Counted from the stretch's first letter, positions 37,468-49,425 are shown. The stretch is 64,000 nucleotides of DNA from Squalus acanthias (GCA_030390025.1 CM059441.1:20708001-20772000), one strand, 5' to 3'. The notes: generated by a model not told the origin, from the letters alone. Numbers and translations are program-made.

Positions 37468-38949
37468 TGTTGATTTTGTGAACCTAAACAGTAATCATAA
37501 AGGAATACTTGATGATTCAGTGGGACCGATTTTCATTCCCCTGCCAGGTGGAAAAAGGGCAGTAGCATGATTAAAATGACAGCACTTACTGCCCCATTCC
37601 CATCAACATCGAGATCTCTGTCATTTTTCCAGGGGCCTTGAAATGGATGGCCCGGGTGCCAGCCAGAAACACCGAAATCGGAGTCCTGTGACATGTATAG
37701 GACCCTGGTGCATCTTTACAGTATGAATGGGTGGCGCATGTGTCGCGTACCTCTGCCCATTGGTACTTGGTATTGAGTAGTCTAACCAGCAGTCCTTAAA
37801 GGGCCGCTGCAGCCCACTCAGACAAAGTATTAAAAGAAAGGGTTTTTACATTATTATTATCAGAAGAGGAGGAGCATTAAAGCACCTTCTGGCCCCACAA
37901 ATATCAAACCCCCTTGCCTGACCTTCTGCAGCCCTCCTCACTCCTTTAAATCACCTACACCGGGTAGGTGGTAGGGTCACTCTGCCCATCTCCTGCCCAC
38001 CCGAGGAAATCGTTCACTTGAAAATCAGTCACAAGAGAACTTAAACTTAAATCAATGGAGAGTAAATCTTACAGATCTTACATATCATTGCTTCATTTAA
38101 AAGTGGTAATTTGCTGAGGATGGGGTGTTGGGTGGTGGTGGGGGGGGGGCGGGGGGGCAAAGAAATATGGGGCAAAATGACTAAACACTTGGAGAAACAA
38201 GAGTTCACCAGAAACAAAAAAACAAAAGATGCTGGAAACACTCAGCAGGTCAGTCAGCATCTGTGGAGAGAAACAGACAAGTTAACGTTTTGAGTGTGAA
38301 CGCTTCTTCATAACTGAAAAATAACAGTTAGACCGGCATATTAATTCAATCAGAAAAAGGAAAGGGGGGAGTATATATATACCTATAATAAATAACAAAA
38401 ACAAAAACAAAAACAAGCAAACCCAGAGGAGTACGAATAGCATAATGTAACAGATCAATCTCATTCAAGTAATGGATAGAAGCATTCAGACATTAAAGAA
38501 GCAAAGGGTGGCAGATGTCAACCAGATGTGGACCGTGTGGGAGGAGGTGAATGGGCAGGTGCTGCATCGCCTGTGTTTTCACAGGAAGGCGCCAAGGGAA
38601 GTGCAACTGAAAGTAAGCCTCCCACAAACTTTGCTATTTACACACCCTTTGTCTCTTTAATGCCTTAATAATTCCATCCATTATTTGACGATTTTTTGCT
38701 ACATCATACCGCACACGATTCCTCTGTTTGTTCGTTATGCACAATTTCCGCCCTCCTTTTTATAATTGCATCGACATGCTTGCCTGCCTCTCTGAAGCAT
38801 GTTCCGCACCTGAAAGATTGGGCCAGGATTTGCTGGGAAAGTAACGGCGAGTTTAATGCGCAGGCCGTCATTAGTGTGAGCTCATTAATCATACATTAAT
38901 GAGCTGACCTCCCTATATTCCATACCCCTTAATCTTCTCAAAGTACCAG

Positions 38950-40500
38950 ACGGGAGGTTACCAGAGAAAATTAAGGGGTATGTAATTAGTGACAGGGTAG
39001 CAAACTGGATTAAAAATTGGTTAGCAGAGAAAAACAGAGTAGGAGTTAAGGGAAGTTTTTCAGTGGTTGGAGATGGGTAGTCGTGTCCTTCAGGGTAGTG
39101 TTCTGGGGCCACTTCTGTTCACTGTGTATATCAATAATTGGGATATAAGCCTAGAGGGAATGGTGTCGAAATTTGCAGATAATACCAAAATAGGAGGTAA
39201 AGCTAATTCATTAGAAGAGCAACAGAAACTGCAAAGGGATATTGTTGTGATGGGGAATGGGCTAAAAAGTGGCAGATGGAATTCAATGTGAGTGTGAGAT
39301 GCATTTTGATAAGAAAAATCTTCATTAATTATACTGTGAATGGAATTAGGCTCAGTACTGTGGAGGAGCAGAGGGATTTGGTTCACAGGATATTAAAAGC
39401 AACACCTTAGGTTGCTAAGGCTGTACAAAAAAAGTGAATGGAATTCTAGTATTTATCACAAGAGGTATAGAATATAAAAGCCAGGAGGTAATGATGAGCT
39501 TATATAAAACCTTAAAGTCCTCAGTCAGAGTACAGTGCAGTATTGGACACCACACTATAGGATGGACATTGAGGTTTTAGAGAGGGTACAGCGCAGATTC
39601 ACTCGGATGCTGCCTGGTATGAGGAAATACAAATACAAAGAAAGACTTGAAATACCGCGGCATTTTTCAATAGAACAACGCGAATTATGGAGTGATATGA
39701 TAGAACTGTTTAAAGAAAGAAAAACTTGCATTTATATAGCGCCTTTCATGATCTCAGGACATCCCAAAGCGCTTTACAGCCAATGAAATACTTTTGAAAT
39801 GTAATCACTCTTGCAATGTAGGAAACGCGGCAGCCGATTCACGCACAGCAAGCTCCCACAAACAGCAATGTGATAATGACCAGATAATCTGTTTTTAGTG
39901 ATGTTAATCGTGGGATAAATATTGGCCAGGACACCAGGGATAACTCCTCTACTCGTCTTCAAAATATAATCCTGGGATCTTTGATATCTACCTGAGAGAA
40001 GAGGCGGGCCTTGGTTTAACATCTCATCTGAAAGACGGCACCTCCGACAGTGCAGCACTCCCTCAGTGTCAGCCTAGATTTTTGTACTCAAGTAGTTTGG
40101 CGTGGGACTTGAACACACAACCTTCAGTCATATCAGAGTGCTACGCACTGAACTACAGCTGATACAAATGATAGAAGAAGGCTCTTTCCAGTAGTTGAGG
40201 GGTCAAGAACGAGCACTATTAGATACAGGATTGCATGTAAGATTTAGAACAGAGGGTAGGATAAACTTCTTCACTCAGAGAGTTGCCAGGCTGTGGCATT
40301 CACTCCCAGGGTCAGTGGTTCAGGCAGAAACTGTCAACATTCCAGATTAGATTAGATAGGTGGATGAAGGAAGAGGGGTTGAAGGGATATGGGAACAGGG
40401 TGGGTAAATGTAATTAGAGCTATTTCCTCATGTTGAGGGCAAACACTGGCAGAGACTGGTTGGGCCAAATTGCCTTTTGTAACTTCTATGTATTTCTATG
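38950..40500 (+). mobile_element. Decayed CR1 LINE interrupted by a SINE
   Basis: QGSVLGPLLF, KFADNTKIGG and ERVQRRFTRMLPG fragments. Confidence 0.85.
39714..40163 (-). mobile_element. Deu-domain SINE inside a CR1
   Basis: Family copy. Confidence 0.78.
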
Positions 40501-41506
40501 TCCGCGAGTTAGCCTTTGAGAACATCTGCGTGCTTGCAATAATCCAGTACCACCAGAAAATCGACCCTCTTGCTTTTTAGTCCGAACAGTCAGATTCATG
40601 TTAAAATATTACTTACAGCTCCATTCTTGAAACTTTCCCAAATGACCTAAAGTAATTTACTTCATATATCTGATAAGAACAACGATAAAACCCAGAGCTT
40701 ATTTTTTTGCAACGTGCAGTAAGTTCTGCGAGTAAAGGGTCTTCTAAAATGCTCATCTAAATATATAATTCTTTTCCCACATACCCAACAAAGTTAGTAA
40801 TACTTTACAGCAATTTACGTGCGAGCTATTCCCGAAAGGTGATTTTGCAAACAACCTGTCTGAAGTGTGTTCGTTACTGACTTGTAAAGCCAGGACTAAA
40901 TTCCCGGCAGACCATTTCGCGGCCGTTGAATCAGGACTTTAAACGGGTCACCAATGTCATTGACATTTTATCAAATTCCATCTGATTGTAAGAATAACAA
41001 ACAGTCCGGATCGGTCCCCTCTTCAAAAGTTGGTTGCCATGGCTATTCTTTTCAGTAAGTTACAGATTTGTCTAATCTTGTCTTGTGTCGCAGAACATTA
41101 GATTGTGAATCGAACACGCATCTAAACATTTCTTTAGTGCAATGGTTTAAGCTCATGGCAAAAGTATTACCTACAGACTATGACTTGCTTTTAAATATTG
41201 AACCATAATGGCCTTAAAACAAACATCTCTCTAGATATACTTTAACCAGCATTTTTGGGAAAAAAACAAAGTTTACTTACAGCTGGTTTCTCAATCACAG
41301 CTGCTATTTCTATGTCTTTCTGAGCCACAGTTGCTGAGACCTGATGTTAGAGTGACTAACCTATGCACCTAACCTCAACTCCACCACCCCCCCACGCCCC
41401 CTGCTTCTCTCCCTCCCTGCCAGACGCTCAGTGTGATCAGTCTTTCTCAGCCTTGAAGCTATTTTTCTATACTTCAATATTTTACATGTAACAGACAAAT
41501 GTTTGA

Positions 41507-41905
41507 AAGAAAGAAAAGAAAGACTTGCATTTCTATAGCGCCTTTCATGACCACCGGACGTCCCGAAGCGCTTTACAGCCAATGAAGCACTTTTTGAAGT
41601 GTAGTTACTGTTGTAATGTAGGAAACGTGGCAGCCAATTGGCGCTCACCACCTCCCACAAACAGCAATGTGATAATGACCAGATAATCTGTTTCTTGTTA
41701 TGTTGATTGAGGGATAAATATTGGACAGGACACCGGGGAGAAATACCCTGCTCTGCTTCGAAATAGTGCCGCGGGATCTTTTACGTCCAGCTGAGAAAGC
41801 AGACGGGGTCTCAGTTTTACGTCTCATCTGAAAGACGGCACCTCCGACAGTACAGCACTGCACTGGAGTGTCAGCCTGGACTGCGACTAACTGAGCTACT
41901 GGCTG
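41507..41905 (-). mobile_element. Deu-domain SINE
   Basis: Family copy with internal deletions. Confidence 0.75.
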
Positions 41906-42037
41906 ACTGGTTTGCAAAACTTGTTTCTTTTCTCCATTGCGATAGCAAAATACTGCAGATGCTGGAAATCCGAAATAACAACAGAAAACGCTGGAAAAAC
42001 TCAGCAGGCGAGGCAGCATCCGTGGAGAGAGAAACAG

Positions 42038-42073
42038 AGTCAACGTTTCAGGTCGAGACCTTTCATCAGAACT
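42038..42073 (-). ncRNA. Minimal type I hammerhead ribozyme motif
   Basis: AGUU-CUGAUGA-A-AGGUC-UC-GACCU-GAAAC-GUU-GACU: core boxes, helix I, helix II and a palindromic helix III. Confidence 0.7.
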
Positions 42074-42738
42074 GGAAACAGCAGGAAATCAAATAGATTT
42101 AAGGCAAGGATAAAGCTGGGAAAAGGGGGAGGGGATGAAAGAACAAAAGGAGAGATTAAGAGACATTTAGTATACTGTATTTGCTGCTCACGATGTGGTC
42201 TCCTCTACATTGGGGAGACCAAACGCAGATTGGGTGACCGCTTTGCGGAACACCTCCGTTCAGTCCATAAGGGGGACCCCGAGCTCCCGGTGGCCTGTCA
42301 CTTTAATTCACTGCTTCACTCCCACTCTGACCTCACCGTCCTTGGCCTATTACACTGTTCCACGGAAGCGCAGCATAAGCTCGAGGAACAGCACCTCATC
42401 TTTCATTTAGGCATGCTACAGCCCTCTGGACTCAATATCGAGTTCAACAATTTTAGATCATAACCTCAGCCCCAATCACATTTATATTTTATTTTTTCAT
42501 CCACCCTTTTGTTTGCCCCCCCTTTTTTTCCCTCCCAGAAGCTGGCAGCTGTCCTTCATTCTGCCGGTGCATTTCACACTTCTTTTAGCCTTAACCTGTC
42601 AGATTAACACCACCTCTTGCCTTGAATATCTCTTAATGTCTCTTAATGTCTCTTAATCTCTCCTTTTGTTCTTTCATCCCCTCCCCCTTTTCCCAGCTTT
42701 ATCCTGGCCTTAAATCTATTTGATTTCCTGCTGTTTCC

Positions 42739-42774
42739 AGTTCTGACGAAAGGTCTCGACCTGAAACGTTAACT
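42739..42774 (+). ncRNA. Minimal type I hammerhead ribozyme motif
   Basis: AGUU-CUGACGA-A-AGGUC-UC-GACCU-GAAAC-GUU-AACU. Confidence 0.72.
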
Positions 42775-43947
42775 CTGTTTCTCTCTCCATGGATGCTGCC
42801 TCGCCTGCTGAGTTTTTCCAGCGTTTTCTGTAGTTATTTCTTTTCTCCATTGTTCCTTGTGAAGACCAATCTGTAGCATAAATGAAAGCTATACAATAAG
42901 GAATGGTGCATTGTACAGTTTGTACCATAAGTGAGCAAAGCTTCATAATTCATGAGTGGCACAAGTGAATTATGAAGGTTTTATTCAAGAATGTACTAAG
43001 TTGCATATTTCACTTTGTCTTCTGTTGTTAGAATTAGTGCTGAGATAATTATGTTTCAGTTTTTTAAAAACTCATTTTTAAGTTTTAATCTAGTTTACTA
43101 TTAGCCAGGAGGATGCTATAATATGACTCATGTAAGGTGTTTCACATATCTTTTTTGGTACACCTAGCTCCCATCTTAAAAATGTCCTTACTAACGGTGA
43201 ACGTACTAACATATGAACATACGAACAATGACTGACAGGAAAAGACCCTCTGGTCCATCCAGCCTGTCCCACATAATTAGGATAGCTTCTGTATCACATT
43301 ATGTAGCTGCTCCACCCCACCCAAAACCATGTCATCTCCTGGGAGAGACGAAAAACCAGATCAAAACCCAGACTGATTTTGGCGAAGAAAATCTGGGAAA
43401 TTCGTCTCCGAGCCCCCCCCCCATGGCAATCAAAACTAGTCCAGGAGACCACTCTGGCCCTGATCATTTTATGCAGTACCTACCCTTTTGTACAAGGTGA
43501 TCTCCGCCCCAGCCAGAAACAGGTCCAGCTTGAAGGAATTCAGTGAATCAGCATCCACCGTACGTGAAGTATTCAATTCACAGGGCCTTTTCCTCTTATA
43601 ATTGGAATTCTTTCACAAGTCAGTCATAAGAAGTGTGGGTACAATGCTTCATGACTGCATGACTCCTGACTTCGTTACAGCCTTGATCTAGACATCAACA
43701 CAAGAGCTAAATGCCATAGAGCTGTTCTCGGCATTTGGGCAGCATTTGACCAAATATAGTATCAAGGACTCCAAGCAAAACTGAGGGCCAAAAGGAAAAT
43801 CCTTCTGTGGCTGGAGTCATACCTCACACAGGAAGATGGTTGCGATAGTCGGAGGCCAATTAGCGTAGATCTTGCTACGATATTGCTGCTGTCATTCCTC
43901 AGGGCAACGTCCTTGGCCCAACCATCCTCAGATGCTTCATCAATAAT

Positions 43948-45330
43948 CAATAGTTGGGAAAATGCTGGAATCTATTATAAAGGATGCAATAACTGGGCAC
44001 TGAGAAACTAATAGTAAGATTGGGCAGAGTCAACATGGATTTATGAAAGGGAAATCCTGTTTGACAAACCTATTGGAGTTCTTTGAGGATGTAACTAGTG
44101 GAGTAGACAAAGGGGAACCGGTAGATGTGGTGTATCTGGATTTTCAGAAGGCCTTCGATAAGGTCCCACACAAGAGGTTGGTGAACAAAATTAGGGCACA
44201 TGGAATTAGCAGTAATATACTATCATGGATTGAGAATTGGTTAACAGACAGAAAACAAAGAGTAGGGATAAACGGGTCTTTTTCAGGATGGCAGGCTGTG
44301 ACTAGTGGGGTACCGCAAGGATCGGTGCTTGGGGCCCAGCTATCCACAATCTATATCAATGATTTGGAGGAGGGGACTAAATGTAACATTTCCAAATTTG
44401 CTGATGATACAAAGCTAGGTGGCAGTGTCAGTTGTGAAGAGGATGTGAAGAGGCTTCAAGGGGATCTCGACAGCCTCAGTGAGTGGGCAAGAACATGGCA
44501 GATGGAATATAATGTGGATAAATGTGAAGTTATCCACTTTGGTAGAAAAAACAGAAAGGCAGAGTATTTCCTAAATGGTGAAAGATTGGGGAATGCAGAT
44601 GCTCAAAGGGACCTGGGTGTCCTTGTACATGAGTCACTGAAAGTGAATGTGCAGGTGCAGCAAGCCATTAGGAAGGCAAATGGTATGCTGGCCTTCATTA
44701 CAAGAGGATTTGAGTACGGGAGTAAAGAAGTCTTACTCCAATTATATGGGACCTTGGTGAGACCACACCTGGAGTACTGTGTACAATTTTGGTCTCCTTA
44801 CCTAAGGAAGGATATACTTGCCATAGAGGGAGTGCAATGAAGGTTCACGAGATTGATTCCTGGGAAGGCGGGACAGTCTTATGAGAAGAGATTGAGTAAA
44901 CTAGGCCTGTATTCTCTTGAATTCAGAAGAATGAAAGGGGATCTCATTGAAGCATACAAAATTATTACAGGGCTTGATAGGATGGATGCTGGGAGAATGT
45001 TTCCCTTGGCTGTGAGTCTAGAACCAGGGGCCACAGCCTCAAGATAAAGGGTAGGCCATTCAGGACTGAGATGAGAAGAAATTTCTTCACACAGAGGGTG
45101 GTGAACCTTTGGAATTCTCTACCCCAGAGGGCTGTGGAGGCTCAGTCATTGGGTATATTCAAAACAGAAGTCAATAGATTTCTGACTAGTAAGGGCATCA
45201 AGGGATATGGCGATAGGGCCGGTGAATGGAGTTGAGGCAGAAGATCAGCCATGATCTCATTGAATGGTGGAGCAGGCACGAAGGGCCGAATGGCCTACTC
45301 CTGCTCCTATTTCTTATGTTCATATGTTCT
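43948..45330 (+). mobile_element. 5'-truncated CR1 LINE with a stop and a frameshift
   Basis: RT ORF 44043-44840 (GVPQGS, FADD) and a CR1 3' UTR. It interrupts an older LINE. Confidence 0.92.
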
Positions 45331-45713
45331 CTCTGTCATAAGGTCAGGAGTATGTCTATTTGCTGATGATTGTACAGAGGTCAGCTATAATCACAACTCC
45401 TTTAATAATGCCTAAAGCAGGACCGAGACAACATCCAGGCTTGGGTTGATGAGTAGCAAGTAACATTTGCATTATGTAAGGACCATCTCCAACAAGAAAA
45501 GGACCAACCCACCTCCCCCTGACATCAGCAAAGCCAAGTCCCCACCATCTACATCTTGAGGGCACCATTGACTAGAAAGGAACTGCACTAGCCATATCAA
45601 CTTTGTGGCTACTAGTGCAGGGCAAAGGTTGGGTATTCTGCAATGTGTGGATCCCTTCCTGACTTTCTCAAGATCTCTCCATTATCTACAAGGCTCCAGT
45701 CAGGAATATGATG

Positions 45714-45881
45714 ATGTGGAGATGCCGGTGTTGGACTGGGGTGGACAAATGTGAGAAGTCGCACAACACCAGGTTATAGTCCAACAGCTTTATTTGAAAT
45801 CACAAGCTTTCGGAGCGCTGCTCCTTCATCACCTGACGAAGGAGTAGCGCTCCGAAAGCTTGTGATTTCAAATAAAGCTGT
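45714..45881. mobile_element. Penelope-like terminal fragment, same family as 4819-5104
   Basis: Inverted arms, 12-bp TSD AGGAATATGATG, and a hammerhead motif. Confidence 0.8.
45828..45866 (+). ncRNA. Minimal type I hammerhead ribozyme motif
   Basis: AUCAC-CUGACGA-A-GGAG-UAGCG-CUCC-GAAAG-CUU-GUGAU. Confidence 0.72.
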
Positions 45882-46403
45882 AGGAATATGATGGAATACT
45901 CATCAATTGCTTGGAAGGATGCAGCTGCAACAACACTCTAGGAGCTCGGCACCATCCAGAATAAAGCAGTCTGTTTGATTAGCGCTCCTATCACTGAGTT
46001 CAATATTCATCTATTCCACCACCAACGCACTGTGGTTGCCGCATGTACTATTTATACTTTGCACTGTAACAACTCACCAAGGTTAATTCGACAGCACTTC
46101 TCAACCCCATAACTTCTACCCTGAGAAGAACAAGAGCAGCAAAGAAATGGAAACACCGTCACCTGCAAGGAACCCTCCAAGTCACACACCATCCTGATTT
46201 TGACATATAACTTCATCGTCGCTGGCTCAATATCTTGGCATTTTGAACGAAACACCATTGTGGGAGCACCATCACCACAAGGACTGCTAGGGTTCAAGGA
46301 GAAGTACCAGTACCACGTTCTCAGGCGAATTACAGATGGGCAACAAACCTGAAATTGACGACGTTGCCAACATCCCGAAACAAATAATTAAAGAAAATAT
46401 AAT

Positions 46404-47157
46404 AGGCCAGAAATTCGGCTCTCCGGCTTCCCGCGGGTGCAAGGATCGCGCGCGTACTTACCTACCGCGCCTGCCGTTGTGCTTCGGGCCCGCGTGGACT
46501 TCGGCTCCTGGGCCTCCTGCAGCTGCCGGCGCGCAGTGCTTGCGTATCCCAGGGGCGCAGTTAGTTCGAAGCGTTCCCTGGGATCACGTGGGCCATGGAG
46601 AGCCAATCGGAGCAGGGAATCGCCATTCATAGATTTTGACAGGAAGACCTGTCAAATCTATGAATAGAGATCACCCCCCAAAACCTAACTAAAACTTCAA
46701 ATACATTTTTAAAAAAATCACATTTTTTAAATAACTATAAATTACATAAATTAACTACTTTAAACAGAAATTTTAATTTTTGAAAAAATTAATTACACTT
46801 TTTAACGCTGCTAAAAATAAACTTACCTTTCTTTAAAGTATGTAAAAATGATAAACCTGTTGAAAAAATGTTTAAACTGTATTTAATTCACCACTTACCT
46901 TGTTAAAAGCAGGCCTTGCGCCTCCTTTTTTCCTGCGCAGCTTCTCCGTACTTACCCTCATGGAGAAACCTGAAAAAAAACCCGAAGTTCGCTGCGTGCG
47001 CGCTGCCTCTCCGGCGCACGCGGTTGACCCTCGAACCCCTTCTTTCCCGAGACCGGAAGTTCCGGTTTCCCGTGCATGCGTGAAACTGGCACTTCCGGTG
47101 GCCCTACGGGTGAGTACACAGCGCGTACTCACCCGTGGAGACCCGAATTTCTGCCCC
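46404..47157. mobile_element. Non-autonomous Harbinger-type element
   Basis: TIR ..CAGAAATTCGG / CCGAATTTCTG.., AAT on both flanks, CpG-rich arms around an AT-rich core. Confidence 0.65.
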
Positions 47158-48729
47158 AATGTCAAATTCATCATCGGAAAGAAGCTCTGCTCTTACCATT
47201 GCAGTCTGCTGCGGTAAGTGTGGTCCTACTTTAGCTATAACACAGCTATCGCTTATGGTGGGAATTGGGTCGTAGTCGTTTCTTTTCCTATGTTATCAAA
47301 GCATGCAAGAAATTTCCAATCACATTGTTGTTTGTTAATTGCTTAATGTGCCAGGAATGAGCAATAATCTGTTGCCATCACATAGCCCTTAGTTTAATTT
47401 ATGAGTACCGTGTAATTCATCCACTGAACTAATAAATTCATCAGGGCTGAAAATCTGTGGTTCCACTCCGCCACTGCAATAACGGTCTCTCAGGTTCGCG
47501 TTTGTCCCCCATTAGAATTTCAAGGACCAGGCAATTCACAAAGAGTGGTTGGGTGCCACGCCCAGTATCAGTGCAGCTAGGCGCCCACTGGAGGGAGGGC
47601 TGAAAATTGTTGCCTTGTCAACGAACCGCTGAGGTGGATCGCTGACAGGTCCGGCGGAAGAAAGAATGAAGATTGGCCCCTTTTCCACAAAGGTCGCCTT
47701 CTCTTGCAGCCTCTGATTGCTGTGGGGTCGGCTGCTGTGAGAAAACTGGGCCTTTACCAAGCTGATGGTCCCCATGCCCACCCTCCAGAAAGTACTGTGC
47801 ACCAACCGATACGTTGGGAGTGCCAAAGGTTGGAAGTTGAGCAGGTGAATTCATCTTGCCAGGCACGCCTCCATCTGTGACGTCCAATTTTGAAGGGGCG
47901 GGCGCAGGAACTGCCCTACCCCCCAGCCTCTCCCCACAGACCCCAACACTGCTCAAATGGGGCAAAAACCGGAGTAACATGACCTTGCCCCAATTTCCTC
48001 CTTCACCTGCCCCAGTAGCGCTGAACACCCTGAAAATATCGTGAATTTTGGGGCCATCAAATGTGCATCTAATGAGTACAAAAACCTCCACAGAATCAGA
48101 CTGGAATTCTAAAAGCCAGCAGGGTCTTGGAAAGCAGAGTATAAAAATGACATGAAAAGAATAACGCTAAGCACTTAGCTTACTTAATGAACTCACAACA
48201 ACCTCATCACTTAAATGTGTCACAGAAATATTACATGTGACGTGATAAATGAAGCTGTCAAAAAATAGCCCAGAAATGAATCTTTGAATTACAGCAGGCA
48301 AATGCTTAGTGCATTCATATAATCCCGTTAATGCGTTTGTTAAAGTAACGGGCTGAGGAGTGTCATAACTTCTTAATCATTAATATTCTAAATTCGCTGC
48401 CATTTCTATGCTAATATTTTGTTAACATACATAATATTATCTGAATCTACTGATTATAACAATGCATCTTCCTGCATTATGAAAATCGAACTTTATTTTT
48501 TTAAATATCAACCTTTATGGGCACATCCATAGATCCCTATGGACAAATAAAACACTGTCAATTACATGATGTAGTTTTTAAAAGTAAAACTCCTTTTTTT
48601 TTGCAAGCACCTGAAGAGAAAGGTCACAAAGTAATTCTGTCAAACCTGGACTCAATCAGTGGAACCCTGTCATAACAAGAGGTGTAATCCTAGCTTGTTA
48701 TAAAAGTTCTATTTTATTTGCTTCCTTAC

Positions 48730-48778
48730 CTGATAACGAAAGAGTGATGAGGATGATAGTAAATGCAATGTTTTTCAT
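48730..48778 (-). CDS. Gene A first coding exon, signal peptide MKNIAFTIILITLSLS(G)
   Basis: AACATG start, basic residue then hydrophobic core, gtaagg donor in phase 1. It joins to GSHG-IMGP of the V exon, completing a typical signal peptide. Confidence 0.85.
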
Positions 48779-48916
48779 GTTTTAAAAAGATCCAGCCAAT
48801 ATCACAGACAGAATGTCACTTTGTTCAGTCTGGTTTTATTCAGAAAAACTCTGGTCTCCCTCCTATCTGGTAGATAGAAATCATGGACTTAGCAATTATG
48901 AAATGTTTGCGATCAG

Positions 48917-48924
48917 TTGCGCAA
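48917..48924. promoter_or_regulatory. Perfect C/EBP palindrome TTGCGCAA about 140 bp upstream of the gene A ATG
   Basis: Exact consensus match in the expected proximal promoter region. Function is untested. Confidence 0.4.
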
Positions 48925-49425
48925 GGGCTACTGCGAGGTCATCTGTTACCCAAGGTAATGCTGCTCATTTCACTCCAGTTAGTGATTTGAGACTTTGCCG
49001 TATCAGGTGATATTCTAATATTCGCTTGTTTACATCTCTTGCCCATCTCTCAGCGATCCAATCACAACTATAGCCTGCCCACAAGCCTACGCATTCACTG
49101 TTACAAATATCGAATACACAACTGAAAAGTTCTAATAAACACACTGCACTGCAATCTATGACAATAATAGTACTTGAAATATTTTATGTTTTTAAGAATT
49201 AAAGGAAGCTTAGTTGGCATGGGATAAAGATGTATTTGGAGGATGAACAGACAGATATTTATATCACTGCCTGCATATGCTCTATGATCTCTAAGCTCTG
49301 TAAAAGGCAAGCGATTAAACTTAGCTTTGCAGATCCCTTGGGTTTTTCAGCTAGTTGGATAACACTCCCAAATTCCACCTCCACCCCTTGGATTTGGGAG
49401 TACATCACTGCTGTGAATACTGCGG

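Larger units (their letters stand above)
29115..38902. repeat. Tandem triplication of a ~2.8-kb unit containing the IgV exon (units 29115-31992, 31993-34727, 34728-38902)
   Basis: Colinear near-identical exon and intron sequence in all three units. The same junction cattaatGAccaag occurs at 31993 and 34728. Unit 3 carries an extra CR1 insertion. Confidence 0.95.
41940..42836 (+). mobile_element. 5'-truncated Penelope-like retroelement with GIY-YIG endonuclease remnant and inverted pseudo-LTR
   Basis: LVYCICCSRCGLLYIGETKRRLGDRFAEH...EEQHLI...GLNIE. About 200-bp inverted arms and a flanking direct repeat TTTCTTTTCTCCATTG. Confidence 0.88.
4469..48778 (-). other. Gene A span: CD300/pIgR-like (CMRF35-like) type I membrane receptor, 8 predicted coding exons, about 463 aa
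   Basis: Exons of 49+330+330+330+61+107+56+129 nt sum to 1392 nt in one open frame with matching splice phases (1,1,1,1,2,1,0). Architecture is SP-V-V-V-stalk-TM-cytoplasmic tail. Confidence 0.85.

Noticed and set aside
40617-40646. 30-nt AG..GTAAGT candidate micro-exon in intron 1 of gene A (GHLGKFQEWS)
   Set aside because: It is frame-preserving but has a weak acceptor. It would interrupt the signal-peptide cleavage region and add a free Cys, and there is no supporting homology.
41281-41340. 60-nt AG..GTAAGT candidate exon
   Set aside because: It contains TGA in the required phase 1 and is open only in phase 0, which does not fit gene A.
46336-47217. Several 76-105 aa GC-rich ORFs
   Set aside because: They lie within the arms of a TIR-bounded non-autonomous element and are by-products of high GC.
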